Shown: piece by piece, positions 36,885 to 50,382 of the stretch
How positions within the stretch are numbered: the first letter of the stretch is position 1
Layout: each line of letters begins with the position of its first letter
Source of the DNA: Tubiluchus corallicola
Taxonomy: Eukaryota; Animalia; Priapulida
DNA length: 64,000 nt
Direction: 5' to 3'
Assembly: GCA_030141605.1 (NCBI GenBank)
Contig: JAQGDQ010000422.1
Location: 115,780-179,779, forward strand
Made by a program: the position numbers and the translations under genes
The notes under the pieces: model-generated
What the model was told of the DNA's origin: nothing
What the model saw: the letters and a program-made list of their open reading frames with translations, nothing else
Databases searched by the model: none

Positions 36885-37202
36885 ATGGACCAAAAAGAAA
36901 ATGTTAAAGGTGCAGGCGATTCTGCGGCGATGTCAGCTGAGAGAAAGCCGTCTCAGGACTGCGTTAAAAGTATCGTATTAACTGGTACTGGTGGATATGA
37001 CAGATTAAAAGTTAGAACGGGTCCGAAACCCAAGTTAAATGAATGTGAAGTATTAGTGCGAGTGAAAGCATGTGGACTAAATTTTGCAGAACTTGGTGTT
37101 AGACAAGGATTATATGACCGCCCAATTAAACCTCCATGCGTGCTTGGACTGGAATGTTCAGGTATTGTTGAAGAAGTTGGGGCAGGTGTAACAAAAGCGA
37201 AG
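36885..37202 (+). CDS. VAT1: VAT-1 family oxidoreductase, first coding exon (MDQKENV...VKACGLNFAELGVRQGLYDRPIKPPCVLGLECSG...KAK)
   Basis: ATG at 36885 preceded by a ttccag acceptor at 36860 (an upstream 5'UTR exon is likely); gtaaaa donor, phase 0; CGLNF and RQGLYDR motifs of VAT-1. Confidence 0.9.
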
Positions 37203-37539
37203 GTAAAACTAATGTACCTTAGTTGCTAAGCTTAGTCTTATAAATATTAATAATCCATTAAAAGTGATGAAAGTTGTCAGTAGCACCAAACAGGATGTTA
37301 TAGTATTAAAACAAAAACCAAATGTGGACACATTGCCATATAATATGAATATGAGTAATAGTATAATATTTCATAAACAAATGTTACTAAAACTAAAAGC
37401 ATTTTTGTCTTCGCTATATTTTTAATCTATTTTAAATTTATTTTAATGTACTATTTTCAATATTATCAAATATTTCTATCACATTATCTATCTATCTAGA
37501 AGAAATTGCATGATAACAAGGTAACAATAAGTAAATAAT

Positions 37540-37940
37540 TTATTTGTCATTAAATGTTACAAAATAAACATAAACAAAAGCAAAAAACTAAAATAAAGAT
37601 GGAAAAGAGACCGGGTGGCGAAAAGACCAAGGGTCACCAGGTCAACCACCCCATCCAAATCGAAGAAAATTAAGTGACCTGTCAAGTAAGGTATTTACAA
37701 ATGAAAATAATCAGCAACTTAACAAAAAAGATGAGGCAACAAGTTCAAATGGGTTTAAATTTAGAAACAATAAATAAATTTGGCAATGAGAAGAGGCAAA
37801 ATTTAAATTGGTAAACAAAACAGAAAATTTAAATTAAAACCAAGAGACTAATTCCAACACAACAAAAACAAAACTAAAAATTACATATAAATCAAAAAAC
37901 TCAATCCAACATAAGCAAAAAAAATGAAGCAATGTCAAGG
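37540..37940 (-). mobile_element. LINE (CR1/L2-like) 3' end, copy 2
   Basis: Colinear, high similarity to 15680-16070. Confidence 0.65.
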
Positions 37941-40900
37941 TATTATATTTATGACAAAGCCTTTTTTGGGGAATCTACCGACATCGGTGAATTAAAGAGA
38001 TTTGTTTGAATAAAAAATTAGTAGAACTTTTTAAATACAAACCCTTTCTTTTAAGCACATTAAAAATTTTCTGACCTGATTTTGACTCTTATATGCTAGC
38101 GAATTTGACTGCAATAAAATGGCTGGTTGTAGTATACAATATTTGGAAATGTGTCCGCAGTACTGAATATACAGAATACAGAATAATTTATTTGCCTCAA
38201 CATAATCAACATAGCATTAACAAATGATGTGACTACTAAGAGAGACAGGGTGGCAAAAAGACCGAAAGGTCATTGAGTCTACCACCCTTCTACTAATTTA
38301 ATAACAAAACTCTACTTAGATTAGTACTGTGAGCTACGTAAATTAAACTATAATGTAATTGTAAATTAGATTATTATATTTTATCTAAAACATTATTCTT
38401 GTATAGCTGCAGTTGTTAGTTAGTAGCGCAAGCATATGTTATACTTGCGTAGCTACAACTACTAGTGATAACAAACCGATTGTACCTTGTACAGTAACTT
38501 AAACATAAATGCTTTTTGATACATAACATTAAACATTGAAACAGAAATATATTATGTTATCTTCCTGTTTTTTTAGCTGCTTAGTAGTAGTCTGCTTACA
38601 TTCTGTTTTTTTTTTGTAAAATGATGTGCGAGTATCGTGTTTTACTTTCCGGTATTACGTTAAAGACAAACTGAAAAAAACTTCAATTAATGCACTTGTG
38701 TGATCGCATTTGCAGTTGTACATTAATTTTCTACCTTGGTAGATACTGAATGGTGCTGTAACATTCATGATAGTGACATTCTGATTTAGTCAAATTTAGT
38801 CTTTATGGAACAGACAATTTGCTCAGCTTTTACTGTGACCGACTACTTATATATTTGATTAACCACATTTCTTTCATTCATACGTGGTATTATCACTGCA
38901 GGCATATACCATATATATATATATATATATACACTGTTAATACGCAAATGTGTCCGGTGCAAAAAATTAAAAACCAAGAGTGCAGTAGGAGTGCATAAAA
39001 CACAAGTAATAAAGTCAAAAATAATATAAGCTACAGCAAAATACACCTATCTAAAAAAACTTAAGCACACTTTTACGAATACAATCTCATATAAAATAAT
39101 ACATGTCACAGTGGTAATATAAACATGCATCTTGACATAAACACAAGTTACACAAAACCATCTCACGGTACATTATACATATATACATATAATTTTATTA
39201 ATACCAAAGGTGTTGTTATTTAATTAACTCAGCTTTTCACTTTGCAGAAGTGCAAACACTCAGCACCAGTTTTCATACGCCAGCATATCCTGCAATTAAA
39301 ATTTCTTTGTTTACCAAGTAAATTTATTACGCCCAGGCATATTTACAGAGAATGTTGGATATTTACAATATTTACTACGTGTACACAAAATTTTAAATTT
39401 GATAGAAGTACGCGGTTTCTTACAAGCAAGATAGATTACATACCTGGTGACGTTGTTTGCTTGCTACGTGAAGCATTACTGTGATTACGAGTGCTGTATT
39501 ATTTTCGTTTAAATAATGTTTGTTTGCTGGTGTTTCCATTTTTTATTCCCACTTTGTATTAATTGTAATTTGTAATTCAGATGTGTTTAAGGCTTCTTTT
39601 TTCTAAATATCTTGATGTATGTATGCATATTGTTTATTATGTTGCTTGCCTTTTGTTGTTGCCAAAATTGCGTTCTTTTGCTTAGATTTTTGCATTTAAC
39701 TTTATTCTATTATTTTTTGTTTTTAGTTTTTTTGACAGTTTGTACTATTTTTTCTTCTTATTTGATTTTGTTGTCACCATTTATTTTTGTTATACCTGTC
39801 TGATGAAAGGGCGGGGGACTAGATGACTCTCCTTTATTCCCTCCCTTCCCTGCTCCACGATTACAATTATTTAATATTTGACTAAAACTTTTGCTGTAAA
39901 ATTATATTGGAGAAAATAAATGTTCAATGTCTATGTGATTTGTCAGGCCTGTGAATGTTATGGTTTAGTCACAAGGTGTTTGGTTACATTTTTGGGACTC
40001 CTTATAGGTGATCTATAAACGGCATCATTTGGTTGGTATAAAATGCGCTTGTGGCAGAAATTTCCAAGCGGGCTTATTTCTTTTACTGAGGGATAACCTG
40101 AGCCGGTTAATCCGCCTTTAGCCCTGTCACACACCCACGGAATTCAGATATCAGTCAAACTTAGTCCTGTACGACAATTAAACATGAAAAGTAGTACCTT
40201 ACAACAAAGCACCGGAACTACTTTTGGCAAAAAATTTTACTTATTGCCAAAAATACATAGATATTAGCAATAATGTATAACTTATTATATTTATTATTAT
40301 AGTAATATATAATTTATTAATATTTTATAATATATAAAAACGTGTAGACATTGCCGTTCGGATCATGAATTTGTTATGAATGCTGGGACTACAAGATATG
40401 CAAGGAGAGGTCTGCATGATTTTCTAAATCAAATTTGCTTATTCCTTCAAGGAAAACAGCAATAATATTAATTTGTTACATCATAAGACATGTTGTGTGA
40501 TCACTGATGCTCTCATCTTCATATGAAACCACCATTCTCAATCTTCTTGGAATCAATATTGTTAAAATAATTTGTTGGGAATTATGTGCCCAAAGAACAT
40601 GAAATATTGTGTCGTGTGACGCATTTATTGCGCTATAAATTGCATTCCTAAAAGTCGTGATATCAAAAATTCTGGAATCAAAGAAAAATGAACGTGGTTC
40701 GAGTGAATAATCCTCTGATAATAATAGTATATCTTAGCCAAAATAATTAATTGAAATTTCAGAACCAATGTTCTTTTACTATTCAGAGTTTTTAATTATA
40801 GTATAAGAATATCTTTTTATCAGGCTGTTACTGCATTCAATAACCCCAAACCCATAAACAGTGCACCAAAGTGAGTAAAAAATCTAGGATCCTGTGACTA

Positions 40901-41168
40901 TAATTATATCATGTTAAATTCAATATTAAAAAATAATTCAATTGCATACATTTTACATTAATCAAATGCTGCATAGCCTAAATGTAAGAATTTGACATGT
41001 AGCACAAAATCAAGCAGGTGGAAAAGCTTTTTTTTAATCATGTTATTTTTTGAAATTAAATAATTTTCAGCTTAAATAAGATTGGTCTCACAATAGGCGC
41101 ATATATGCATATGAGATGGTAACATTGATTTACATATTCGTTCACGATTTACTTTTTCTGTTCACAAG

Positions 41169-41376
41169 GTAGGAGATAGAGTAATATGTCTAAAGGACTT
41201 TGGGTTGTGGACTGAACTAGCCGCCCTGCCAGAACAGCAATGTTTCCCCATGCCAGAGGGGATGACGTTTGAAGAGGGTGCAGCCATTCCAGTGAACTAC
41301 GTCACAGCTTATCTGATGTTATTCGATTTTGGGAACCTGCGACAGAAGAAGAGTGTTCTTATTCACATGGCAGCAG
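41169..41376 (+). CDS. VAT1: VAT-1 family exon 2 (VGDRVICL...MTFEEGAAIPVNYVTAYLMLFDFGNLRQKKSVLIHMAAG)
   Basis: ttcacaag / gtttgt, phase 0/1; VNYxTAY.MLFDFGNL..SVL.HMAAG. Confidence 0.93.
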
Positions 41377-41456
41377 GTTTGTGATGTATTTTTTGTGCTG
41401 ACCAACTTTTCTAATGAGTGAAAGTCATTTCTGCGGGTAATACTGGGACACAACAC

Positions 41457-41986
41457 CAGGGTTGCCACGGTCAGGGAAAATCCTTGAAAATTCATACTAT
41501 CCTGGAAAGTCAGGGAAAATGATTAAAATAGGCCGAAAAGTCAGGTAATTTGGAAAGGGTTGCAAAAATAATCACCATGAACCGATAGGTTTCCAAACAT
41601 ATTTTTTAGCAATGGTAAAATAAATTTTGCTAGGGCAGGCTCCCAGTTTCGATTTCTGTTCCAAAATAATGATTGGATTAAAAAAGTTTTTTTAATATGA
41701 TTAGTATAATTTTGGATGCACTACTGCAACTGTGCCGACACATTATATATCAGTCTATGTATAAATGTCCATAGACAAAAATGTTTGAATGTGTATATTG
41801 GTAATACAATTTCTGCTTATCTTGCCAACACATTATATATCGGTATATGTATGAATGTCCATACTCAAAAATGTTTGAATATGTATACTGGTAATACAAT
41901 TGCTGCTTATGGAAAATCAATATTTGGTCAGGGAAAATGCATGGAAAAGTCTGGGAAAATTATTTTAAAATTCTGTCAGAATTCTG
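41457..41986. mobile_element. hAT-like non-autonomous element with GTCAGGGAAAA subterminal repeats
   Basis: Starts CAGGGGTTGCCACGGTCAGGGAAAA; repeated gtcagggaaaa near both ends; internal ~87-bp tandem duplication at ~41733-41910. Confidence 0.5.
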
Positions 41987-43098
41987 CAACCCACAAACAT
42001 AATGTTTTTTTCACTAAAGCCACAGTAATGCATAGTACTTGGCCAAGAACTTTTTTATTTTCATTTTTTGTCTCTTGTTGCAGTTTTAAAACATTTGGAA
42101 GGAATGTATACAAATCCGTATTTCTATTTTCATTAAAGCAGGTGTATAAAAAACTTCATAATACATGAAGTGCATTTCAGGGCAGCATCCCTTTCTGGAT
42201 TGTATTACAGCATTCGGTGAGCTTACAGTGTTTTCCTAAACCGCTTAGCTAGGGCATTGCAGATATTTCTTTTTTTGAGCTTTTGTGTTCTTGCAGTGTC
42301 TAAGGATTCACAAACGTCAATATAACTTAAATTAGAGGCTTAGAAACTGTCAAAGTTGCATGGAATGCTGTTTATAAGAGAATACTCAATTATAAAAGAA
42401 ATGAGAGCGTTAGATTGTTTCAGTACTTCTGTAATACAATGCCAACTGAACTATTTAATCTATTTAAGAAAACTTACATTCTATAAAAGTCTTACGTCTC
42501 ACCCAGGTAGATATAGTATCTATCTATGAAATTAATAACTTTTACTTTTTAAACATTGATGACAAACTAATTTGTATGATGCAATCTCATAATGTCACTG
42601 TTCAATGTGCTGTAGCTAAGTTTGTTGGCATTTGTAAAATTTTGCTGTATGGTGCTTGTTGTTGATCTGCCCTATTGGCAAAAAATCAATAAATTACTAT
42701 ACTATACTACTATGAAATTAATAAGCCAGGTCAATCCCTACGAAATATAAGACACCATTGAACTTGTCTTTTATTAATGTAAAAAGTCTAGTAGAAAATG
42801 AATTTTATAAGGACCTAAACATCAGAAACTTTTATGAGATAACATATTTGTATTGTAATTTATTTTAGATGTGAATTTAATTGTATTGTAATTTTAGTGA
42901 TTACTTTTTGTGATGTATTGTATCTTTGATACCAAATAATAAGCTGTAAAAAGAGTTATATCAGTGTCATTTTTCATTATTTTTTCATCATAGCATCAAT
43001 TAAACGTCATTTGCCATTTTTTCCTATAAAATTATAAGCGTTGATGACTAATGTGATTTCATGCAGTTTCGTTTTGTTTTAAGAATTGTCATTTTCAG

Positions 43099-43269
43099 GA
43101 GGTGTTGGCTGGGCAGCAACACAGCTCTGCAAAACTGTTCCAGACGTGACCGTTTTCGGCACGGCTTCTGGATTCAAACACAAGGCAATGCAAGAAAATG
43201 GCGTCCACCACGCGATTGACTATCACACAACAGATTACGTTGAAGAAATCCTTAAGATCTCACCTAAAG
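43099..43269 (+). CDS. VAT1: VAT-1 family exon 3 (GVGWAATQLCKTVPDVTVFGTASGFKH...IDYHTTDYVEEILKISPKG)
   Basis: ttttcag / gtatga, phase 1/1; completes the AAGGVG NAD(P)H-binding motif. Confidence 0.93.
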
Positions 43270-46200
43270 GTATGATTCCTGTTTGCCTACCTACTGTCTG
43301 CTTGATTAGAATTGTGAGTTACAACACTGGGTGTGTAATAGATCCCAAATTGCTATCCTGTTAGAGGTCTATTCACCTGTGACAGATATTATTCACCTCT
43401 TAATTAAGGTGGCACACCTGCTGAGATATCTTGTCACGAAACAAAATGAACAGCATACGTTGCTCTGCAGGAAGAGTTTTTGCACAGTATTGTATGAAAT
43501 GTGGGTGGTGCTGTGCATCTGTGATTTACAAAAGAGGGGGGAAGGCAATTATTGGGCAAATGAAAAAACTGTGGTTTTAAAGTTCAAGTCCACATTTCGC
43601 GAGGTGCAAATATATGATCAGAATAAAGTTTGTTACTATCGAAATTCTGAGTAGTAATTCCGTTTATAAAAAACAAGAACGATAAATTTAAAATATGCGC
43701 ATAGTTATTTTAACCATACACGAACATTTAAGAAGATTTACACTGATTATTTGGAAAAGAACGCTTACATGATAATGGCGATGCGAATAAATACAGCTAA
43801 GTTTTAGGCAGAGAAAAAATAGAGCGAAATGCTATGTATGAGCCATTGGCTACATTAAGTTAACGACTACATCAAAATGAGCATGAGTGAAACAATTTAC
43901 GTAAATGCTACAGAATACAAATATAATGACTACATTCTGAGAAATGGCTACGAATTATCTTCGGATTAGGAGGAGGCGGTGGAGTGCTATAACACGATAG
44001 TATGACACCCCAAGCTAGCTAGAAAAGTTTTGACAAGATTACAACTATATATGCCTTCTGAGCAGGAAGCCTATATGCAAGTGATTACAGGGCTAATTGG
44101 GAAGGAATCCAAAACTAGTTTACATAGAGTTAAATGTATACTATGAAACAGGTTTGCAAGGGCAGATCTATGCAACCACGAATAAACACTTTTACCTGAG
44201 TAGTGCCATACTGGCATTGTTCTTGACAAGTTTATCCTATCCAGTTTTTTGCACAATCTGGCATACATCCATTTGTTCACAAGCTTTACTTTTAAGTTAT
44301 CTGTTTTCATATATTTACATATGCTGGATTACTGCTACGTTTAAAGTTTTGCTTGCTCATTGTCTGTAATAGACGTAATGAGCATATGATGATGATGAGT
44401 TTTAAAGCAATATTATAGCTATTACATTACCTACTACTGATTTGCACAATCAAACTAATGTACATATATAATTGAGCACACTACGAGTGGGAATCCACCA
44501 TTCAGCAACAGGACCAACTGAGTATTCATGTTCATGACGACACTGAAGCCTGGTTCATTGTCAATGGTAAGCCTCTAAGGTGAGCCACTGAACCAGTGGA
44601 GGCGTCTTAGCCTCTTTCAGATGTAATTTTTTATACATTCTCTTTCAACAAAGTTAAACGGCGAAAAATACGTTTGATACGTCAATATGACAACACGTAT
44701 ATTATACAGTTTTGACAAAAATACTAAGTCTTTTAAACCACGTTACTCCAGTTGTTTAGAAAATGAAGTTTCTTTGATAAAAACCCAAGGCACCTTCAGC
44801 TTTCAAGAAGATGCAATGTTCTTTGAACGATTTATAGCCTGAAGAACTTTGGGACTTGCCAAGTAGGTTTTGCAGAATTTCATGATCATTCATATTTAAT
44901 AAAGACACATGTATGAATGATGAAATGTCTGTTAATATTAATTGATCATTAGTATTCTAAACTGGATTTCTCACTTTACCGTGCCTGGATTTTCTGTCAA
45001 ATTTAACTTTTGTGCTTTTGACGCTGACCTAAATGTTTTTGGATTTATTAAATAATCAGAGCCACTTTACTAACAATCATTTTAATCTTTGCTCATTTGT
45101 GAAAAGCTGCAAAACAAATTTGAGTTAAAGTTGTATTTTTGGATTTTCCTGATTAAGGCAACACCTCTTCCTTGAATTTTGGTCCAGTAGTTACTGAGAT
45201 ATGAATTTTTGAAATTTCAGGCAAATGCAAAAGAGTTCAAACATCCCAAAATTTCAAATTGTCATAACTTTTGAACTGGTGGGCCAATTGACCTAAAAAA
45301 TTTGAACGTAAACTATTCTCATAAGGCCCAATAACAATGCCAACTTTCGTCGAAATCCGAGACGGTCGGGTGTAGATGATCCAAAATTTTGGGTGACTTG
45401 ACATGGAATGACATGGAATAGGGCATTTGTCCTGCCTATACGGAATAGAACAACTCAGACTTGATTTTATTCGAATAACCAAATTAGCCATGCAATGTTT
45501 GACAGACTTGTGTTTTTGGTTGTCAGGTAGGGAAGGTTGCTTAGAACTTGTACTACTGAGTGACCCTATTGACTAATTAGTTACTTAGAAACCTTTCAAC
45601 TTTCAAGACGCAGATAAGTGAATTGGTTATATAGGCTTTTAAGGGTGGCTTCACTGTTGTAATGCAGATTCTCTTTTCTATGAGCTTGAGCTGCAGGCTG
45701 TATTGTCAGTGTGCGTGCCCAATGACTAGAAGTACATGGCATTTAGCCCAATGGATTCACTTTTCAGAACTTGGCGGCTTTTGTTTGTAATTAGTTCAGT
45801 AGGTAAATGAAGCCATCTTAGATTCACAGGTATGCAGCCTTATTAAGCTGAATGTTAAGCTGCATGAATCATAGGAATGTACGTGCTCAATAGCTTGGTT
45901 TGATCAGCTGACTTTGTAAACATTAAATGTGACAAATCCGCTAAAGATTTATTTCCTTCTTAGACGTTTCTTATTAAATAGAATAGACTAAAGAAAATAG
46001 TTCGTGGCAAAATTGATCTACGTATTACTTTGTGTTGATTCTAGTGAATCGAATTTGAATTTTGAAATAGGTTTATTTGTCATAAAAAGCATACATGAAT
46101 ACACACTACAACACTGTAGTTACATCAATAAATATGAATGAAAATGTTAGTAAATAAAATTTGGTGTAAAAGAAAAAAGATGCATCTGATCAGTAAAATA

Positions 46201-49200
46201 CTTTTCTTTGCTAAACTCAAGTAACTAAAATAAAGTAGATTTGTTCTTTCAATTTGCTTAACTTATAAGCATTTTCGGTGATTTTTTTAAAATTTGATGA
46301 AAAGTATTCCGCATTCGATGCATAGAAAGATCTGCCACTACAAACCATGCGTATGTAAGCTGATTTACATAACAAAAAAAAAACAGTGACAGCCACAACA
46401 GGGTTGTGGAGAAGTTTTCTGCCACGGAAGTTCATTTCCTCACTCATCAGGGACTTTTTCTTGGTGCTAAACGAGGAAGACCACTTTCCCAGTCAAGGGG
46501 AACTGATCGTCAGCCGGAGTCCATGTATTTCATAGATATTCTATTGGTCACAGTTGTTACAGGATTATTGATTTTTTTAAGCACATTTTCTGTTCCTCGT
46601 TGAAGCTGGTACTAGGCTTGCAACTAGGACACTGACTTAGTAATTATTTATATCAACCGGCACATCAAAAATATCACCTAGCTAGAATGAAGCTTCCTGA
46701 TTTAGTGAAGCGTTGGCTGTTTAGAAATATAACACAAAAAGCTGAGACACTGTCAGTAACTAACTGGCAGTCATTCAGTAAACCCTCTGACCAACTCACA
46801 CTCAGTCTCTGGCAAGGCAGACTTTTAAACTGCTTCTAAGTTTTAGCATTCTTGCCTCATTGGGAAAATTATCCTTTATCATAGTGATACATTTGGAACA
46901 GTCAAGTCACAAAAGGTGCTTTATCTTCGAAATAAGCGAACTTCGAAAACCAAACACGCAGTTCGGTGTATTTTCATCGGATTCAACTTTAACTGTTGTA
47001 ACTAACTCAATGTGCTACACCCCGATCATGAGCAAAACCGCAACATAAAATGACGCTATAACATAGTGTTGGATACAAAAATGGATACATGGAAGTGCCT
47101 GTCTGGAGGTAGTCATAAGTTGTCTACGGGACTCTTGTGTCATTTCTATTTAAATTTTCAATTAGCATTCCTGAGCCAATGTCTCAGAACGTCAACATCG
47201 ATGTATTGATGTGACATGACAAGTCTAATGTCAGGCTGCTGTTAAGTTCTTATTGAGTTTCTCTGGAGACTTCCGTTGTCAACTTGGCATTCATATTTCA
47301 AGACTTCAAGACTTCAATTGATTCTCTAATTCAAGTCTTCAATAGATTCTCTAATTCAAGTTCTCAATGGATTCTCTAATTTCCTATACAGATCCGACTC
47401 CTTTATGTGTTTGTATGAAACGTTGCTGTTTTTAATTTAGCGATGCGTAGGCCCTGTTTTTTAGGGTGATTATGTAAAAAAGACCCGCTTCAACTTACTT
47501 TAAACTATTTTGCATCATGGTCTGTCTTATCCAACTTATCCTGACCAAGTTTCAGAACGGTTTTAACCAGTTTTTTTCTAATGTTCAGAACTTCTTATTG
47601 TACATGAATATATCTGCAGAATTATGACGTTCAAATTCATCCTGTTCCTTTGTTGATCAGGTAAACTTACCTGAACAACTGCCGGTGTTGTTGGTCATGT
47701 CTCTCACACTTGCCAGACCAGTGCAGAGAACGGTAGCAGTTTTGGACAGTATCGCTAATTGCCCTCGGTACGCTGATACTGACTTATTTTATAGCTTTTA
47801 TAGTTATAAGAGTCGATTGGCCTTATTTTATAAGTTTAGCTTTTTAGTTACTGCAAGAGTAGTTCTTTTTCATGTTTGACCAAATGTTAACATACCTCAC
47901 TATTTCAAAACTCGCTTTCCTAAAACTATTGTAGAACTTCGTCATTATTGCTGCCATACTGTCTTATACCTTCTTTTGTGTCAAAAAAGGGAGGTTAAAA
48001 GAGCTTCTTATTTTAACGTTTTTATTTTCTTCTTTCTTTTCTTCAAAATCTTTTTCATTTTTATTTGTGAATAGTACCACTCTTGTCTGAAATTTGAGCG
48101 TGAACAGTTTTCGTGACCGTTTTAGAATTGAGATTCTCTTCAAGGGAGTCAATCACCGAACTTTGCCCTATAAATGAACTTAGTGCACGATTTTGGCTCT
48201 AGACTGTCATCTGTATATTAGACTAGCTCGTTTAGCGAGTTTTGCGCTGGTTAAAGGATGCCAATATACAAAATGCCAAGAGGTATTTAGTTCATGTGAA
48301 TTCTATCCATCTCTCTTCTCTTGGTTCGGTCAGCTTGCAATTTGCAAAAGCGCATTTTCGTAATCTGCTGTGTGACCATTTTAACTCACTTCCCTACTTC
48401 CCGTTTACAAACCGTCAACAGGCTGGCTTGTTTTGCTGTTAACAGCTACTATTTTTAAAGCGTTGATCTAGGAGAAATTTGGCTGTAAATTTATCGAGGC
48501 AGCTCGAACTTTTTTTAATCTCTCGCTACTCATCGCCTGGAATTCCCCGCACGTTTTATCGCTTCCTAAACAATTTGCTCAAGAAGTGCACGCAGCTGTT
48601 TCCACGAGTCTCTCGGTTAATCCAGGCTTATGCATCAACTGAAATGCTTAAGGAGTGTCATTTAGTAAGATTTTCCAGATTAGCTGCATGGATACTTGAA
48701 ATAATACTGAAGAAATGAACATCGGGGCGAGAAAATCATTTAAAATTCATTTACCGAGTGGAGAGCCAGTAAATCATGTTCACGTCTGGGGAAGAAAACG
48801 GAATTTTGACGTGTATTCCAAAAAACTTTCCATACAACGTTATATTACTTAGCTAGGAGTGTGTTACAAATGTTCTGATGATTTTTTAAAACTTTACTTA
48901 ATGTTTAAAACTTTACTTAATGTTATCTAAACTTGCTTCAAACCATTTACTGCTAAAATGGCCGCGGATCGTAGGGAGGGCGTAGATCGTAAATTTAAGC
49001 TGTCATCCTAGGAGTTTAAATTTACAAGTTTCATACAGCATTACTGCTAACGCTGACTCTGTATGCAGTAAGACGATGAGTATATAAAATGAACCTTTTA
49101 CGTTTTTTATGAAGAAAAATTTTGTTTTTCTTGTGCTTCAAAATTCATTTAGGTAGTGCGCAAAATCAATAAGTCATGCCTACCTAAGCACATTATGTTT

Positions 49201-50140
49201 TCACTTGCTGATTATGGTTTGGGGTTATGTTTGTTATGGCTCCGAATTGTTTGTTTTCACAGTTTTTTTTGCTATGCTGCATTAAACTGGTATTTTTGGC
49301 AAGACGTCAGTGGTCTTTAGTGCAATGAGGTTTACTGTGCTGCAACTTTAATGTAACGGGGTTTTGCTAACGTAATAGAATGGGGTGTGTAATGGTATTA
49401 CATTTGTTAATATAATGTGATGTAACGTAACATAACCTAACGTTTAGTTCATCACAGTTTGAATATAGCGAAGTATGTAATGGGGTTTACTTTGTTACAA
49501 CAAAGTGTTACTAAAGTAGGGCTTAAATTTGTGTAGTTTTTGAGATCATTGATTCTAACTCTTTGTGGACTTAAATACTGAATTGAGAATTTAGTAATTT
49601 AGTATATTAATTTATCTGCATTTTTATGTTACTAAACGGGAAACTTGCTTCAGTAATAACCTTGATTTTAGCACTAACTTTAATACTCCTTGTTTAACAT
49701 CATCTTATACACACAAATTAAAAAAAATAATTACAAAATGCGTGACATGTAATATGTAGAACTCACTCTGTCTAGTGTCTACGTAAAATTGTATGTTTGT
49801 AATGAAATTTTTGCCTGCAAAAAAGGCTAATAAACATTTATCATCATCATCATCACCAATTTGTTACAACAGAGAATTATACAAAACCTGAGAACTTGCT
49901 GCCCTTATAGTTCGGACAATGACGGATTGCAGAGGTTGCTTAGCAATTTATTGCGTTTACACTTATTATAAATATTTAATACACATTGCTCTGTACTTTA
50001 TTGTAGTCACTACAATAGCTTGATTGAAGCATCATCCAATTAAACAAATGCGAATCTTGCGTGGACGCTTGGTCCGCTGGTCGTGCGGTGGTAAACCGAT
50101 AAATCACTACTTATTTTCTCTAAAAAACTGAAAACCTGAC

Positions 50141-50382
50141 GGCGTGTTCACACTAGAGAATTTTCTCGGTAAGTAAACTTATCGAGTAATTCGCAAACGA
50201 GTTACTCTCCGACAGCAAGCACCAGCTTATATTCCCTTCTCTATTCACTGCGAGAAGTGTCGAGAGTAACTTGCCGAAGCGTTCACACTAGACAGTAACT
50301 CGCAGCAATTTCTTGCCGACTGTAGCTTGCAAAGCAGTTCACACTTGCTTTCAGAAAGAAAACTCACTAGTCTGAACTCGCC
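50141..50382. mobile_element. PIF/Harbinger-like MITE
   Basis: TIRs GGCGTGTTCACACTAG / CTAGTCTGAACTCGCC; internal GTTCACACT repeats at ~50281 and ~50337. Confidence 0.65.

Noticed and set aside
46380-46640. GC-richer segment with a minus-strand CPSCKPSTSFNEEQKMC peptide
   Set aside because: Frames are interrupted by stops and no splice structure was found; probably a decayed repeat.
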